Origin: an uncultured delta proteobacterium
GTDB lineage: Bacteria; Myxococcota_A; Polyangia; Fen-1088
Assembly (NCBI GenBank): GCA_963755125.1
Contig: CAVWIP010000017.1
Coordinates: 160,001 to 224,000, forward strand
Length of the DNA: 64,000 nt
Direction: 5' to 3'
The position numbers and the translations under genes were made by a program. Of this stretch, positions 8,885-18,590 are shown piece after piece (the first letter of the stretch is position 1; each line of letters starts with the position of its first letter). The notes below the pieces were generated by a model, which was not told the origin of the DNA, did no database searches, and saw only the letters and a list, made by a program, of their open reading frames with translations.

Positions 8885-9769
8885 TTACGCAGCTTTCTTA
8901 CCAGCTTTCTTCACTGAGTGCATCAGCTCAAATTCGATTGGGCTGTTGTAATTGAGCGCCGAATGACGGCGGCAAGGATTGTAGAAGCCTTCGATGTACT
9001 CGCCAATCGAGAGGTTAGCTGCCTCCCAGCTTTCGAGATCGTCGATGTCTTCCAACTCGCGCTTGAGGGTCGCGAAGAAACTCTCGGCCACGGCATTATC
9101 CCAGCAGTCTCCCTTCCGGCTCATGCTGCATTCTATGCTTCCGGCTTCCAAGGCTTTGCGGTAGTCGTCGCTCGCGTACGTGCTGCCTCGATCTGAGTGG
9201 TGAACCAGGCCGCTGCCGGGCTGGCGTTGGCACAAGGCCATGGCCAGTGCCGCGAGCGCGAGGTGGCGATCGACATTCCGACTGGTCGCCCAGCCGACAA
9301 CCCGCCTGGAAAACAGGTCGAGAATCACCGCGAGGTACAGCCAGCCTTGCTGCGTCCACAGAAACGTGATGTCAGTGACCCACGACTGGTTTGGACGAAG
9401 CGCGGTGAAGTTGCGCTCCAGCACATTCGGCGCGATGGGGAAGCTGTGCTTCGAGTCGGTGGTCGTGCGAAAACGATGACGACAGCGCGCCACCAGCTTG
9501 TTTTCGCGCATCAGCCTGGCCACCCGCTTGCAACCCACCCGATCCCCGGAAGCTTTGAGGTCGGCATGAACACGGGGACTGCCGTATCGTCGCCGGCTCC
9601 CGTGATGAATCGCGGCTATCCGCTCGGACAGATCCTGGTCACGGCGTGCGTGCAACGAGGCGGGCCGTCCCTGGCTGGCGTAGTAGCCACTGGGCGAAAC
9701 GGCCAAGACACGGCAGAGGACCGCGACGGGGAAGGCCACCTTCTCCTCGGAGATGAACGCAAACCTCAC
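8885..9769 (-). CDS. IS3 transposase OrfB (DDE)
   Basis: 'YGSPRV', 'WVTDIT', 'HHSDRGS', 'GDCWDNAVAESFF.TLK.E'. Confidence 0.95.
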   Translation of the reverse strand: MRFAFISEEKVAFPVAVLCRVLAVSPSGYYASQGRPASLHARRDQDLSERIAAIHHGSRRRYGSPRVHADLKASGDRVGCKRVARLMRENKLVARCRHRFRTTTDSKHSFPIAPNVLERNFTALRPNQSWVTDITFLWTQQGWLYLAVILDLFSRRVVGWATSRNVDRHLALAALAMALCQRQPGSGLVHHSDRGSTYASDDYRKALEAGSIECSMSRKGDCWDNAVAESFFATLKRELEDIDDLESWEAANLSIGEYIEGFYNPCRRHSALNYNSPIEFELMHSVKKAGKKAA

Positions 9770-10071
9770 GCGCTCTCCTTGGCGAAGAAGGTGGCCGCCC
9801 TTTTTAAAATCTCACGCTCCATGCGGAGGACTTTCACCTCGCGACGCAGATGCGAAAGTTCTTCCTTCTCGGCGGTCGTCAGGGCGCCAGCAGGGCCCTT
9901 GCCCTCGTCTACCCTCGACTGCCGATCCCACTGGTACACCAGGCTGCTTGCCACCCTGAAGTCCTTTGCTACCTGCGCGACGCTGCGTCCTGCACGGACG
10001 AGCGCCACCAAGTCTGCCTTGAACTCGCGCGTGTGCATGCGCCGGGATCGCTTCTTCTCTTTGTCCAACAT
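9766..10071 (-). CDS. IS3 transposase OrfA (HTH)
   Basis: 'REFKADLVALV..G.SVAQVA', 'LRREVKVLRMEREILKRAATFFAKE'. Slippery T-TTA-AAA lies at 9808-9802 and its -1 frame runs into OrfB. Confidence 0.93.
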   Translation of the reverse strand: MLDKEKKRSRRMHTREFKADLVALVRAGRSVAQVAKDFRVASSLVYQWDRQSRVDEGKGPAGALTTAEKEELSHLRREVKVLRMEREILKRAATFFAKESA

Positions 10072-10459
10072 GTGGTCACCTTTCTACGCCCATTTTCCTG
10101 AGCGAGGGTGTCCACCAAACCGGGTCAAGTCCAGGATCACGGATCTGACGTGGGAGAATCCCACGGACAAGATCGCCGGAAGATTCGCAATCAAGGACTT
10201 CCTCTCCAAGTCCGCTCGGGTTGTCATTGAGGCGAAGTACGTCAGGGATGCTGCCCATGGCAAGAATCTGACGAAGGAACTGCACGACGACATTGAGAAC
10301 TATCGCAACCATTCACACTGTCGAGACCTAGTCTTCTTTGTGTACGATCCAGATGTCTTCATCCCGGATAGGCAGGCGCTTGAAAGGCAAATAGTTGTGA
10401 ACAGGGAGTACGACGGCGTTCCGTTGAGCTGTCACCTGGTTGTAAAACCGTGAAACGAC

Positions 10460-10525
10460 GCCGAACATGGCGATGAAGCTCTCGTAGGCGCTTGCGCGCC
10501 GCCGCTGAACGCCATACCGTTGGAC
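10460..10525 (+). other. attC site 1 (degenerate L boxes)
   Basis: GCCGAAC...ATGGCGATGAAGC / GCTGAACGCCAT...GTTGGAC just after the cassette-1 stop codon. Confidence 0.75.
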
Positions 10526-10543
10526 GGACGAAATCGAACTCAC

Positions 10544-11230
10544 ATGAAGACCACAGAGGGAGTCGCCGTAAATATGTTCTGTGCCGCCATCGTCAGCGGG
10601 TGTTTGGCGACACCGTCCGGCGTGCGAAAAGAGAGCGTCGATCCAGCGGCGAAGGCTGGCGGAACGACCGCGGGTCTTGCGATGCTGGCTGGCCAGCCCG
10701 ACTGGCTCTACCCTATAGCGGAATGCCCTGTCGATGCTTTTCCTACAACGCAGGTTCGGCTTGCTTTTCCGAGGGAAGCTTGCATTTCAAATCTGCTGAC
10801 GTGTGTTCAGCGGTGCCAGGAAGGCGAGCCGAGTGCTTGCTATGCTGCGGCACAGAGAACGGAGGATTTGAAAGCCGAGCCGGAGGCCGCACAGGCCCTC
10901 TTCCTTCGGGCCTGTCGTCTCGGCATCGCCTCCGGCTGCACCAATCGCGCCGCTGGTCTGGTCTTTCAGAAGCTTGACCGTGCGGACGTCTGGTCCTGTG
11001 CAAACCGGACGTTCAAAGCTATGTGTGACAGGGCCGATCCGTGGGCATGCACAATGTGGGGTTCGAGTCTCGCAAGAGGACGCGGAACCAGACAGGATCT
11101 GGACCAAGCCCTCAGAGTTCTGCCGAAGGGATGCGCATTGGGTGAGACGGACGAGGCCTGTATCTACGCCAGACGAACGATAAGAGAGATCGAAGCACTT
11201 CGGGGTGATTCGCGCGGTGCTAAACCATGA
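10544..11230 (+). CDS. Cys-rich Sel1-like-repeat putative lipoprotein (cassette 2)
   Basis: Lipobox-like IVSGC; repeated 'ALFLRACRLG.ASGC', 'ACTMWGSSLARGRGTRQDL.QA....KGC.LG'. Confidence 0.75.
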   Translation: MKTTEGVAVNMFCAAIVSGCLATPSGVRKESVDPAAKAGGTTAGLAMLAGQPDWLYPIAECPVDAFPTTQVRLAFPREACISNLLTCVQRCQEGEPSACYAAAQRTEDLKAEPEAAQALFLRACRLGIASGCTNRAAGLVFQKLDRADVWSCANRTFKAMCDRADPWACTMWGSSLARGRGTRQDLDQALRVLPKGCALGETDEACIYARRTIREIEALRGDSRGAKP

Positions 11231-11244
11231 TTCGCGGCAGCGCC

Positions 11245-11315
11245 GTCCAACATGGAGTTGCACCCGACGATCGGCCACGGACGGCCGCTCGCGGGTGAAC
11301 GCCAAGGCGTTCCAT
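11245..11315 (+). other. attC site 2
   Basis: R'' CCGTCCAAC is complementary to GTTGGACGG at the cassette start (10519). L pair GTT(G)CACCCG / CGGGTGAAC with extrahelical G. R' GTTCCAT. Confidence 0.88.
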
Positions 11316-11323
11316 GTGAGACA

Positions 11324-11736
11324 ATGTCGAGAACAAGGAATTTGGCGAAGACCTTGGCCGGGCGATAGCCGGCCTCTTGGTCTTGGCGGTTGCGCTGCAA
11401 GGGACCTTCGAGGTGGCGAGGCGATTCACAACAGGTCAAATCGCGCATGATGACGATCTCCTTATGGTCACGGCGCCCATCGGCGGCTTCGTGGGCCTCA
11501 TCGTCGGCGGATTCATCGCGGCGAGGATGGTGAGGTGGCTTCGCGCAAGTCTGAGCAAGCCGTGGCTTCTTCTCGTCGGGCCGGGTCCTTGGGCATGGCT
11601 GGCTTTGTTGATTCCCTGGAGAGCGTCGGAAGGTATCGCGACCGAGCAACTACCGAAGCAGCTGCTCCTCGGGTTGGTGATGATACTGGCTTCGTCGGCT
11701 GGCGCGCTGGCGGGGGCACGTGAAAGGTCTCGTTGA
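11324..11736 (+). pseudogene. Small multi-pass membrane protein (cassette 3), probably frameshifted near 11360
   Basis: The ATG at 11324 (MSRTRNLAKTLAG) stops early. One extra G in the G-run would join it to the hydrophobic ORF 11377-11736. Confidence 0.55.
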
Positions 11737-11765
11737 ACGTCTCCGTCGCTGCATTTCTTTGTGCT

Positions 11766-11870
11766 GCCCATAAAGCCATTGCAGCTGTCAATCCCGCCGC
11801 AGGGACATCGGTGTGGAATGGAGACGCCGACTCGGCGGCGGGCTTGCGGCTGAACGGCAAATCGTTCGGC
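11766..11870 (+). other. attC site 3 (R'' variant GCCCATA)
   Basis: GCCATT(G)CAGCTG / CGGCTGAACGGC L pair, long inner stem CCCGCCG/CGGCGGG, R' GTTCGGC. Confidence 0.75.
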
Positions 11871-11889
11871 GGACGCGAATCGGAGGAGG

Positions 11890-11927
11890 TTGACCCAAGG
11901 TCATACCTGGTTATACTGTAGGTATGA
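11890..11927 (+). promoter_or_regulatory. Sigma70-like promoter with operator inverted repeat of the TA cassette
   Basis: TTGACC-N16-TATACT ends 6 nt before the ATG at 11924. The IR TCATACCT (11901-11908) / AGGTATGA (11920-11927) brackets the -10. Confidence 0.7.
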
Positions 11928-12160
11928 AGACCGCAGTTTCCATCCCAGACGAGATCTTTGAGCGGGCTGAGACCCTCGCGCACCGGGCGAAGCGCTCGAG
12001 GAGCGAGGTCTATTCGTGCGCACTCAGCGAATACGTGGCGCGCCACGCGCCGGACAGTGTAACCGAGGCGATGAATCGTGTTCTCGACGATGTGAAGGAG
12101 CCGGCCGATGGATTTGCATCGCGAACTGCCCGGCGGACACTGGAGCGTAGCGAGTGGTGA
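11924..12160 (+). CDS. Ribbon-helix-helix antitoxin (cassette 4)
   Basis: 'MKTAVSIPDEIFERAE.LA...KRSRSEVY..AL.EYV'; overlaps the toxin gene. Confidence 0.85.
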   Translation: MKTAVSIPDEIFERAETLAHRAKRSRSEVYSCALSEYVARHAPDSVTEAMNRVLDDVKEPADGFASRTARRTLERSEW

Positions 12161-12501
12161 CGGTCTCCCAAGGAGAGGTGTGGTGGGCGGACCTTGGTGA
12201 ACCGCGCGGATCGAAACCAGGGTTTCGCCGACCGGTACTGGTCATACAAGGTGATGCTTTGAACCGGAGTCGAATCGCCACTGCCGTCTGTGTTGCCCTG
12301 ACGAGCAACGTGAAGTGGGCGTCGGCGCCGGGCAATGTCCTTCTTTCTGAGAGCGCGACAGGGCTTCCAAAGGAATCGGTGGCGAACGTCTCGCAGATTG
12401 TGACTCTCGACAAGTCCGAGTTGACTGCGCGAGTGGGCAAGCTGCCCAAGGCGAAACTGGAGCTTGTGCTATCCGGAGTGGATGTGGTTCTTGGACGGTA
12501 A
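12154..12501 (+). CDS. mazF: PemK/MazF-family toxin
   Basis: 'GEVWWADLGEPRGS.PG.RRPVLVIQ...N', 'GLPKESVANVSQIVTLDK'. Confidence 0.9.
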   Translation: MVTVSQGEVWWADLGEPRGSKPGFRRPVLVIQGDALNRSRIATAVCVALTSNVKWASAPGNVLLSESATGLPKESVANVSQIVTLDKSELTARVGKLPKAKLELVLSGVDVVLGR

Positions 12502-12506
12502 GCCAC

Positions 12507-12577
12507 GGCCATAAAGCCGTTGCAGCTGACGGTCGGCCGCAGACGGCCGCTCGCCGCTGAACGGCAAGGCGTTCGGC
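12507..12577 (+). other. attC site 4, end of array (R'' variant GGCCATA)
   Basis: Perfect L pair GCCGTT(G)CAGC / GCTGAACGGC, inner CGGCCG stem, R' GTTCGGC. Confidence 0.8.
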
Positions 12578-12635
12578 TATCTGTCGAGACCTGGGCATGA
12601 AGAGAGGCGCGAGCGGTCGCGCAAGATTGGCCGAG

Positions 12636-13736
12636 TCAATAGGCGAACCGGCGCACCGACACGTTCATCACCAGTCCCAGCGCCAGCATGACGGTGAGTG
12701 CGCTGGAACCACCGTAGCTGAGAAGGGGCAGGGTGACGCCCACCACCGGCAGAAGGCCGGTCACCATGCCGATGTTGACGGCCACCTGCCAGGTGAGCAT
12801 GGCGGCCACGCCCACGCACACCGTGATGCCGAATCGATCGCGGGCCTCGCGCCCGATCTTGATCACCCAAAGGGTCAACAGGGCATAGGCGAGAAGCACC
12901 ACCAGGCAACCCAGAAAGCCCCATTCCTCGGCCCACACCGCGAAGGGGAAATCCGTCCACAGCGCCGGCAACGAGCGCAGCCGGATCTGGGTCCCCTGCA
13001 GGAATCCCTTGCCCACCAGCCGTCCCGAACCCACGGCATTCATGGCCTGGCGCGGTTGCCACGCGGTGGCCGGGTCGAGCGCCGGGTTGATGAAGGCGAG
13101 GATGCGGTTGCGCTGATAATCGTGCAGGGCGTATTCCCACAAGGGCGTGGCGGCCAGCGCCACCACCAGGGCGATCCCGGCCATGGTTTTCAGGCGGAGG
13201 CGCGCGGTCAGCATGACGGTGGCGAAGATGAGCGCGAGGATGAGGGCAGTGCCCAGGTCGGGCTGCGCAGCGATGAGCAGGAAGGGCAGGCCGGCGAGGA
13301 AGATGGGCACCAGGATGTGGCGCAAGGTCCGCCCGTCGAGCGCAGGGGTCTCGTGTATGTACTTGGCCAGGGCGATGATGGTCAGCACCTTCATCAACTC
13401 CGATGGCTGCAGGTGAAAGGCGCCGAGATCGAACCAGCGCCGCGAGCCGCCCACCATCTTTCCGTGAATGAGCACCGTCACCAGCAGCGCGATGCCGACG
13501 CCGTAGAGCAGGTAGCCCATGCGCGCGATCACCCGGTAGTCGAAGCTGGCCACCGCAAGGAACAGCAGAGCGCCGACCGCGGCCCAGGAGAGCTGCTGCG
13601 CGAACAGGTGGAACTGCCGCTCGCGCACGGCGCTCCAAAGGTTGAGCAATCCCAGCGAAATGCACACCAGCGTGGCTGCAGTCAGCATCCAGTCGAAGCG
13701 AAAGCGCAGCTTGCGCCAGGAAACGACCCGGGCCAC
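12636..13736 (-). CDS. rodA: Rod shape-determining protein RodA
   Basis: 'GSRRW....LQPSELMK', 'QPDLGT', 'TDFPFAVWAEEWGF', 'GVTLPLLSYGGSS'. Confidence 0.95.
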   Translation of the reverse strand: MARVVSWRKLRFRFDWMLTAATLVCISLGLLNLWSAVRERQFHLFAQQLSWAAVGALLFLAVASFDYRVIARMGYLLYGVGIALLVTVLIHGKMVGGSRRWFDLGAFHLQPSELMKVLTIIALAKYIHETPALDGRTLRHILVPIFLAGLPFLLIAAQPDLGTALILALIFATVMLTARLRLKTMAGIALVVALAATPLWEYALHDYQRNRILAFINPALDPATAWQPRQAMNAVGSGRLVGKGFLQGTQIRLRSLPALWTDFPFAVWAEEWGFLGCLVVLLAYALLTLWVIKIGREARDRFGITVCVGVAAMLTWQVAVNIGMVTGLLPVVGVTLPLLSYGGSSALTVMLALGLVMNVSVRRFAY

Positions 13737-15784
13737 TAGCGGCTCTCCTTGCGGTTCGGGCCTGCTGGCAGCGCCGGGTCGTCGTTGGCAGGCGGGGTAG
13801 GCGAGGTCGGGTCGGGCAAGGGTGCCGGCCGTGTCTCTCCGACGGTGGACGGCAGGCGAGAGTCTCCCGCGGCCGGCCCGTGTCCCGCGTGGTGCGCCAG
13901 ACGCGGCGGTGACCGATCTTCGGGTGGCACCACGGTTTCGAAATAGCTGTCGACGATCTCCATGGCCACCGGCGCCGCCACCGAGCCGCCGTGTCCGCCG
14001 TGTTCGACGAAGACGGCGAAGGCAATGCGCGGCTTGGCGGCCGGAGCGTAGCCCACGAACCAAGCATGATCGACGCGCTCGTAGGGCAGGGGAGGATCAT
14101 CCTTGCCGACCCGCCCGCCCCGGTAGACCTGCGCGGTGCCGGTCTTGCCCGCCACCTCGATGTGGTGCGATCGCGCCTTGTAGGCGGTTCCCTTGGGATC
14201 GGAAACCACGCCGTACAGCCCGCTGCGGATGGTGGCCAGCGATTCGGCGGACACGGCCACGTCCCGGCGCACGCGCGGCGGAAACTCCTCGACCACCTTG
14301 CCGTCGGGCGATTCCACCCGTTCCACGATTTGCGGCAACCACAGCTTGCCACCGTTGGCGATGGCCGCGTAGGCGAGCGCCATCTGCAGCACGGTGACGC
14401 GCGTGGCGCCCTCGCCGATGGCGGTGTTGAGCGCGTGTCCGATCACGAAGCCTTCGCTCTTGCCGTCGGCGCTGGCCTGGGCGCGGTGCCATTCCTCGGT
14501 GGGCACGAAACCCGCCTGCTCGTTGTTGAGTCCCAGACCCGACGGTGCCCCCAGCCCGAATTCGTTGGCGAACTTGGCCAGCCGATTCATCATGCCTGGC
14601 CGCGCGCCCAGGTCGTAGAAGAAGACGTTGCAGCTCTGCACGATGGCGTCGTGTAGGTTGACCGCCTTGTGCACCTTGGTGCAGCGGAAGCGGCGCCGGC
14701 CCACCTGGATGTAGCCAGCGCAGCGTACCTTGTCCTCGAGTGTGATCAGCTTCTCTTCCAGTGCGGTGGAGGCGGTGATGACCTTGAATGTCGATCCCGG
14801 GTTGTAGGTGTCGGCCAGAGCTTTGTCACGGAAGGGGCGCAACCGGTCACTCAGGATGCGCGATACCGCTTCGGGCGAGAGGCCGCGCGACATCAAATTG
14901 GGGTCGAAGCTGGGCTTCGACGCGAGCGCCAGGATGCGGCCGGTCTCCACGTCGAGAAACACCGCCGCTGCCGCCCGCGAGCCGCGCAAGGCGCGCTCGA
15001 CGATGCGTTGCAGGTCCATGTCCAGGGTCAGCACCAGGTTGTTGCCTGGCACCGCAGCCTGACTGATGGGTCCGTCCACCAGATCGGCGATGCGCACGTC
15101 GGTGCGCCGCAGGCCGCGCCGGTTGACCACCATCCGTTCGAAGCCTTTCTGGCCGCGCAAATACGGCTCCCATTGCCGTTCGATACCGGTGCGCCCCACG
15201 GTGTCACCCGAGCGGTAGCCCTCGTCCTTGCGCGTGCGCAGTTCCTCGGCCGAGACCTCGTTCATGTAGCCGATGGCATGACTGGCCAGCGTGCCGAACG
15301 GGTAGTGACGGCGCCGAACCGAGACCACCTGGATGCCGGGCTTGTCGAGCGTGGTCTCAAGTTGGGCCATCACGTCGCGCTTGATGTCCTCGGCCACCAC
15401 CATGGTTCGGTCTTTGCCCTTCTCGGCCTCCTCTCGAATCGCCTCCCAGGTCGGCACGCCCTCCACGTCGGGACCGAGTAGCTCGCGCAAGCGCAGGTAG
15501 GCATCGTGGGTGAGCTGAGAGGGCAGCACCTGGACGTCGTAGGAGGGAACCATGGTGGCCAGCACGCGGCCCTTGTGGTCGCGGATCTGACCGCGAACCG
15601 CAGGCAGCACCACGGTGCGCACGATGCTATCGGCCGTCATGCGGTAGTAGCTGTCGCCCTCGACGATCTGAAGGTAGAAGAGCCGCGCCGCCAGACCGAG
15701 AAACGTCAGGGCGACCAGCACGGACAGGTAGCGGGCCCGGTGCCGGATCTCAGGAAGTTCGGCGTCTTGTCCCGCGATATCCAT
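13736..15784 (-). CDS. mrdA: Penicillin-binding protein 2
   Basis: 'PGSTFK', 'SCN', 'KTGTAQ'; lies in the mre operon. Confidence 0.95.
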   Translation of the reverse strand: MDIAGQDAELPEIRHRARYLSVLVALTFLGLAARLFYLQIVEGDSYYRMTADSIVRTVVLPAVRGQIRDHKGRVLATMVPSYDVQVLPSQLTHDAYLRLRELLGPDVEGVPTWEAIREEAEKGKDRTMVVAEDIKRDVMAQLETTLDKPGIQVVSVRRRHYPFGTLASHAIGYMNEVSAEELRTRKDEGYRSGDTVGRTGIERQWEPYLRGQKGFERMVVNRRGLRRTDVRIADLVDGPISQAAVPGNNLVLTLDMDLQRIVERALRGSRAAAAVFLDVETGRILALASKPSFDPNLMSRGLSPEAVSRILSDRLRPFRDKALADTYNPGSTFKVITASTALEEKLITLEDKVRCAGYIQVGRRRFRCTKVHKAVNLHDAIVQSCNVFFYDLGARPGMMNRLAKFANEFGLGAPSGLGLNNEQAGFVPTEEWHRAQASADGKSEGFVIGHALNTAIGEGATRVTVLQMALAYAAIANGGKLWLPQIVERVESPDGKVVEEFPPRVRRDVAVSAESLATIRSGLYGVVSDPKGTAYKARSHHIEVAGKTGTAQVYRGGRVGKDDPPLPYERVDHAWFVGYAPAAKPRIAFAVFVEHGGHGGSVAAPVAMEIVDSYFETVVPPEDRSPPRLAHHAGHGPAAGDSRLPSTVGETRPAPLPDPTSPTPPANDDPALPAGPNRKESR

Positions 15785-15793
15785 GGGTGAGAA

Positions 15794-16348
15794 CTAGCGG
15801 GGCGGCAGTCCCGAGCCCAGCGCGCGCGCACGCCGGCGCGACAACCCGACCCGCAGGAGCGCGGGATCGAGACGGCCATCGAGACGACTCAGCAGCCAGA
15901 GCACGGGCGGACCAAACACCGCCGTGAGCAGGGCCTCGATCGGTGCCATGCGAAGGCCGCCGTAGCCGGTTTCCGGGCTGACCTGGGCCCTGACCACGAC
16001 GATGAGCAAGGCAGAAAGCAGGCTGGCCACGAAGGCCGCTGACGCCTTGAGCACCACGCCTCGGACCGCGAGGCGCGAGGCCAGGGCGCGGGCAAAGAGC
16101 GCCATCACCAGAAACACGAAAGCGTGGACCCCGCGTGGCGCGCCGGACACGAGGTCGAACAGGTAGCCGAGTGACAGCCCAACCAGCGCGGCCGAGCCCG
16201 GTGCCCACTTGAGCGGCGACAGGCCGATGTAGAGCACGGTGAGCAGGCCCAGGGTCGGTGTCACCAGGTGCACCGGCGCGAACTCCATCACCGTGGACTG
16301 CAGGAGCAGGAGCAAGAGGCCGACGATCAAAGTGGCGACGGAACGCAC
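15794..16348 (-). CDS. mreD: Rod shape-determining protein MreD
   Basis: Hydrophobic, 'GYLFDLVSGAP.G', between mreC and mrdA. Confidence 0.8.
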   Translation of the reverse strand: MRSVATLIVGLLLLLLQSTVMEFAPVHLVTPTLGLLTVLYIGLSPLKWAPGSAALVGLSLGYLFDLVSGAPRGVHAFVFLVMALFARALASRLAVRGVVLKASAAFVASLLSALLIVVVRAQVSPETGYGGLRMAPIEALLTAVFGPPVLWLLSRLDGRLDPALLRVGLSRRRARALGSGLPPR

Positions 16349-17250
16349 TAGCGATACACCCCCAATCCGTGGCTGGGGACGAGCGGTTTGTGCGCGCTGG
16401 CTTCGGGATCTGCGGGCGGAGTGGGCGCCACCACGACCAGAACCTCGGACAGACGCGCGAAATCCACGTCAGGCGAGACTTCCAGTTCCTGCGACATCCC
16501 GACCGCGTTGCGGGCCACTTTGCTGATCTTGCCCACAGGGAGATCGCGGGGGAAACCGCCCAGGCCGCTGGTGACGACCAGATCGCCCTCTTTGGCCTGC
16601 TCGCCTTGCATCAGGTATTCGATGGCGCAGCGGTAGCCATTCTCGCCGGGCTTGCCGCGCAGAATGCCGCGACCCCCGGTGCGCGGCAGCACCACGTCGA
16701 TGGCCGAGCGGGGATCGACCGACAGCAGGATGTCCGAGGTGTCGCCTGCGACCCGGTTGATCCGACCGACCACACCGTCGGGCGTGATGATGGGCATGCC
16801 ACGGCTGACCAGGCCTTCACCGCGGTCGAGCTGGATGCGCGCCACGCGGAAGTAGGGCGAGACGTCGATGGCGATGACCCGCGCCACCAGGGTTTCCGTG
16901 GTCACGGCGTTGCGCAGGCCGAGCAGCCTCTGGAAGCGCACGCTCTCGGCGGCGCCGCGCTTGGCCTCGAGCAGTTCGGCGCGCAGACGGCCGTTCTCGT
17001 TGTGCAGGGCTTCGTTCTCGGCGCGCACGTGCACGAGATCGACGTACTGGCCGGCGGCGTGACCGATGCTGCGGGCCAGCCGGGCCATGCGCGACTGCAA
17101 GGGCGTGACCAGCGCCAGAATGCCGCGGTCCAGGGGCGACAAATACTCAGGCGACTTCGCACTCTGGCGCAGCAGGAACAAGGCGGTGAGGAAGGCCGCC
17201 GTGATGATCACAGCCTCGCGGATTTTCTGTCGGTGCCCCGACGGGAGCAT
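16348..17250 (-). CDS. mreC: Rod shape-determining protein MreC
   Basis: Coiled coil 'ENEALHNEN..LR', 'GVVGRI', 'VVTSGLGGFP..LPVG'. Confidence 0.92.
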   Translation of the reverse strand: MLPSGHRQKIREAVIITAAFLTALFLLRQSAKSPEYLSPLDRGILALVTPLQSRMARLARSIGHAAGQYVDLVHVRAENEALHNENGRLRAELLEAKRGAAESVRFQRLLGLRNAVTTETLVARVIAIDVSPYFRVARIQLDRGEGLVSRGMPIITPDGVVGRINRVAGDTSDILLSVDPRSAIDVVLPRTGGRGILRGKPGENGYRCAIEYLMQGEQAKEGDLVVTSGLGGFPRDLPVGKISKVARNAVGMSQELEVSPDVDFARLSEVLVVVAPTPPADPEASAHKPLVPSHGLGVYR

Positions 17251-17327
17251 TCCTGCATGCACAGCGACAGCAAATGTAAGGCGGCCGGAGCGGGCGATCC
17301 ACTCGAAACGCCACGCGGACCCGAGGC

Positions 17328-18410
<1,083 letters not shown>

Positions 18411-18590
18411 TCAGTCCACCAGGGTAGCGGTATTATCACACAGCCACGCCATAAGCCAACCGCCGTTCGCGTTACTTGAAGTCGGAGCAGGGGTTCCGGG
18501 CCACGCATGGTGGTGCGCTTTCCCTGGCGAGCGTGCTAGATTGCCGCACCTTTTGACCTACCCGGCCCAGTGAAACGGAGGCTTTGCTAA

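Larger units (their letters stand above)
8854..10133 (-). mobile_element. Complete IS3-family insertion sequence (1280 bp)
   Basis: 24-bp terminal IRs TGGAGTTGACCCGATTTGGTGGAC / GTCCACCAAACCGGGTCAAGTCCA (2 mismatches), TG...CA ends, 3-bp target duplication GGA (8851-8853, 10134-10136). Confidence 0.96.
8619..10453 (+). pseudogene. PD-(D/E)XK nuclease (REase DpnII/MboI-like), 183 aa when reconstituted, interrupted by IS3
   Basis: 8619-8853 joined to 10137-10453 gives a 552-nt open frame: '...SEAAVQDALFLMLRPW|ITDLTWENPT....KDFL....VVIEAKY....KELHDDIENY....LVFFVYDP'. Confidence 0.85.

Noticed and set aside
9197..10453. 418-aa ORF as a single gene
   Set aside because: It is the antisense of the IS3 transposase fused by chance to the 3' half of the interrupted nuclease.
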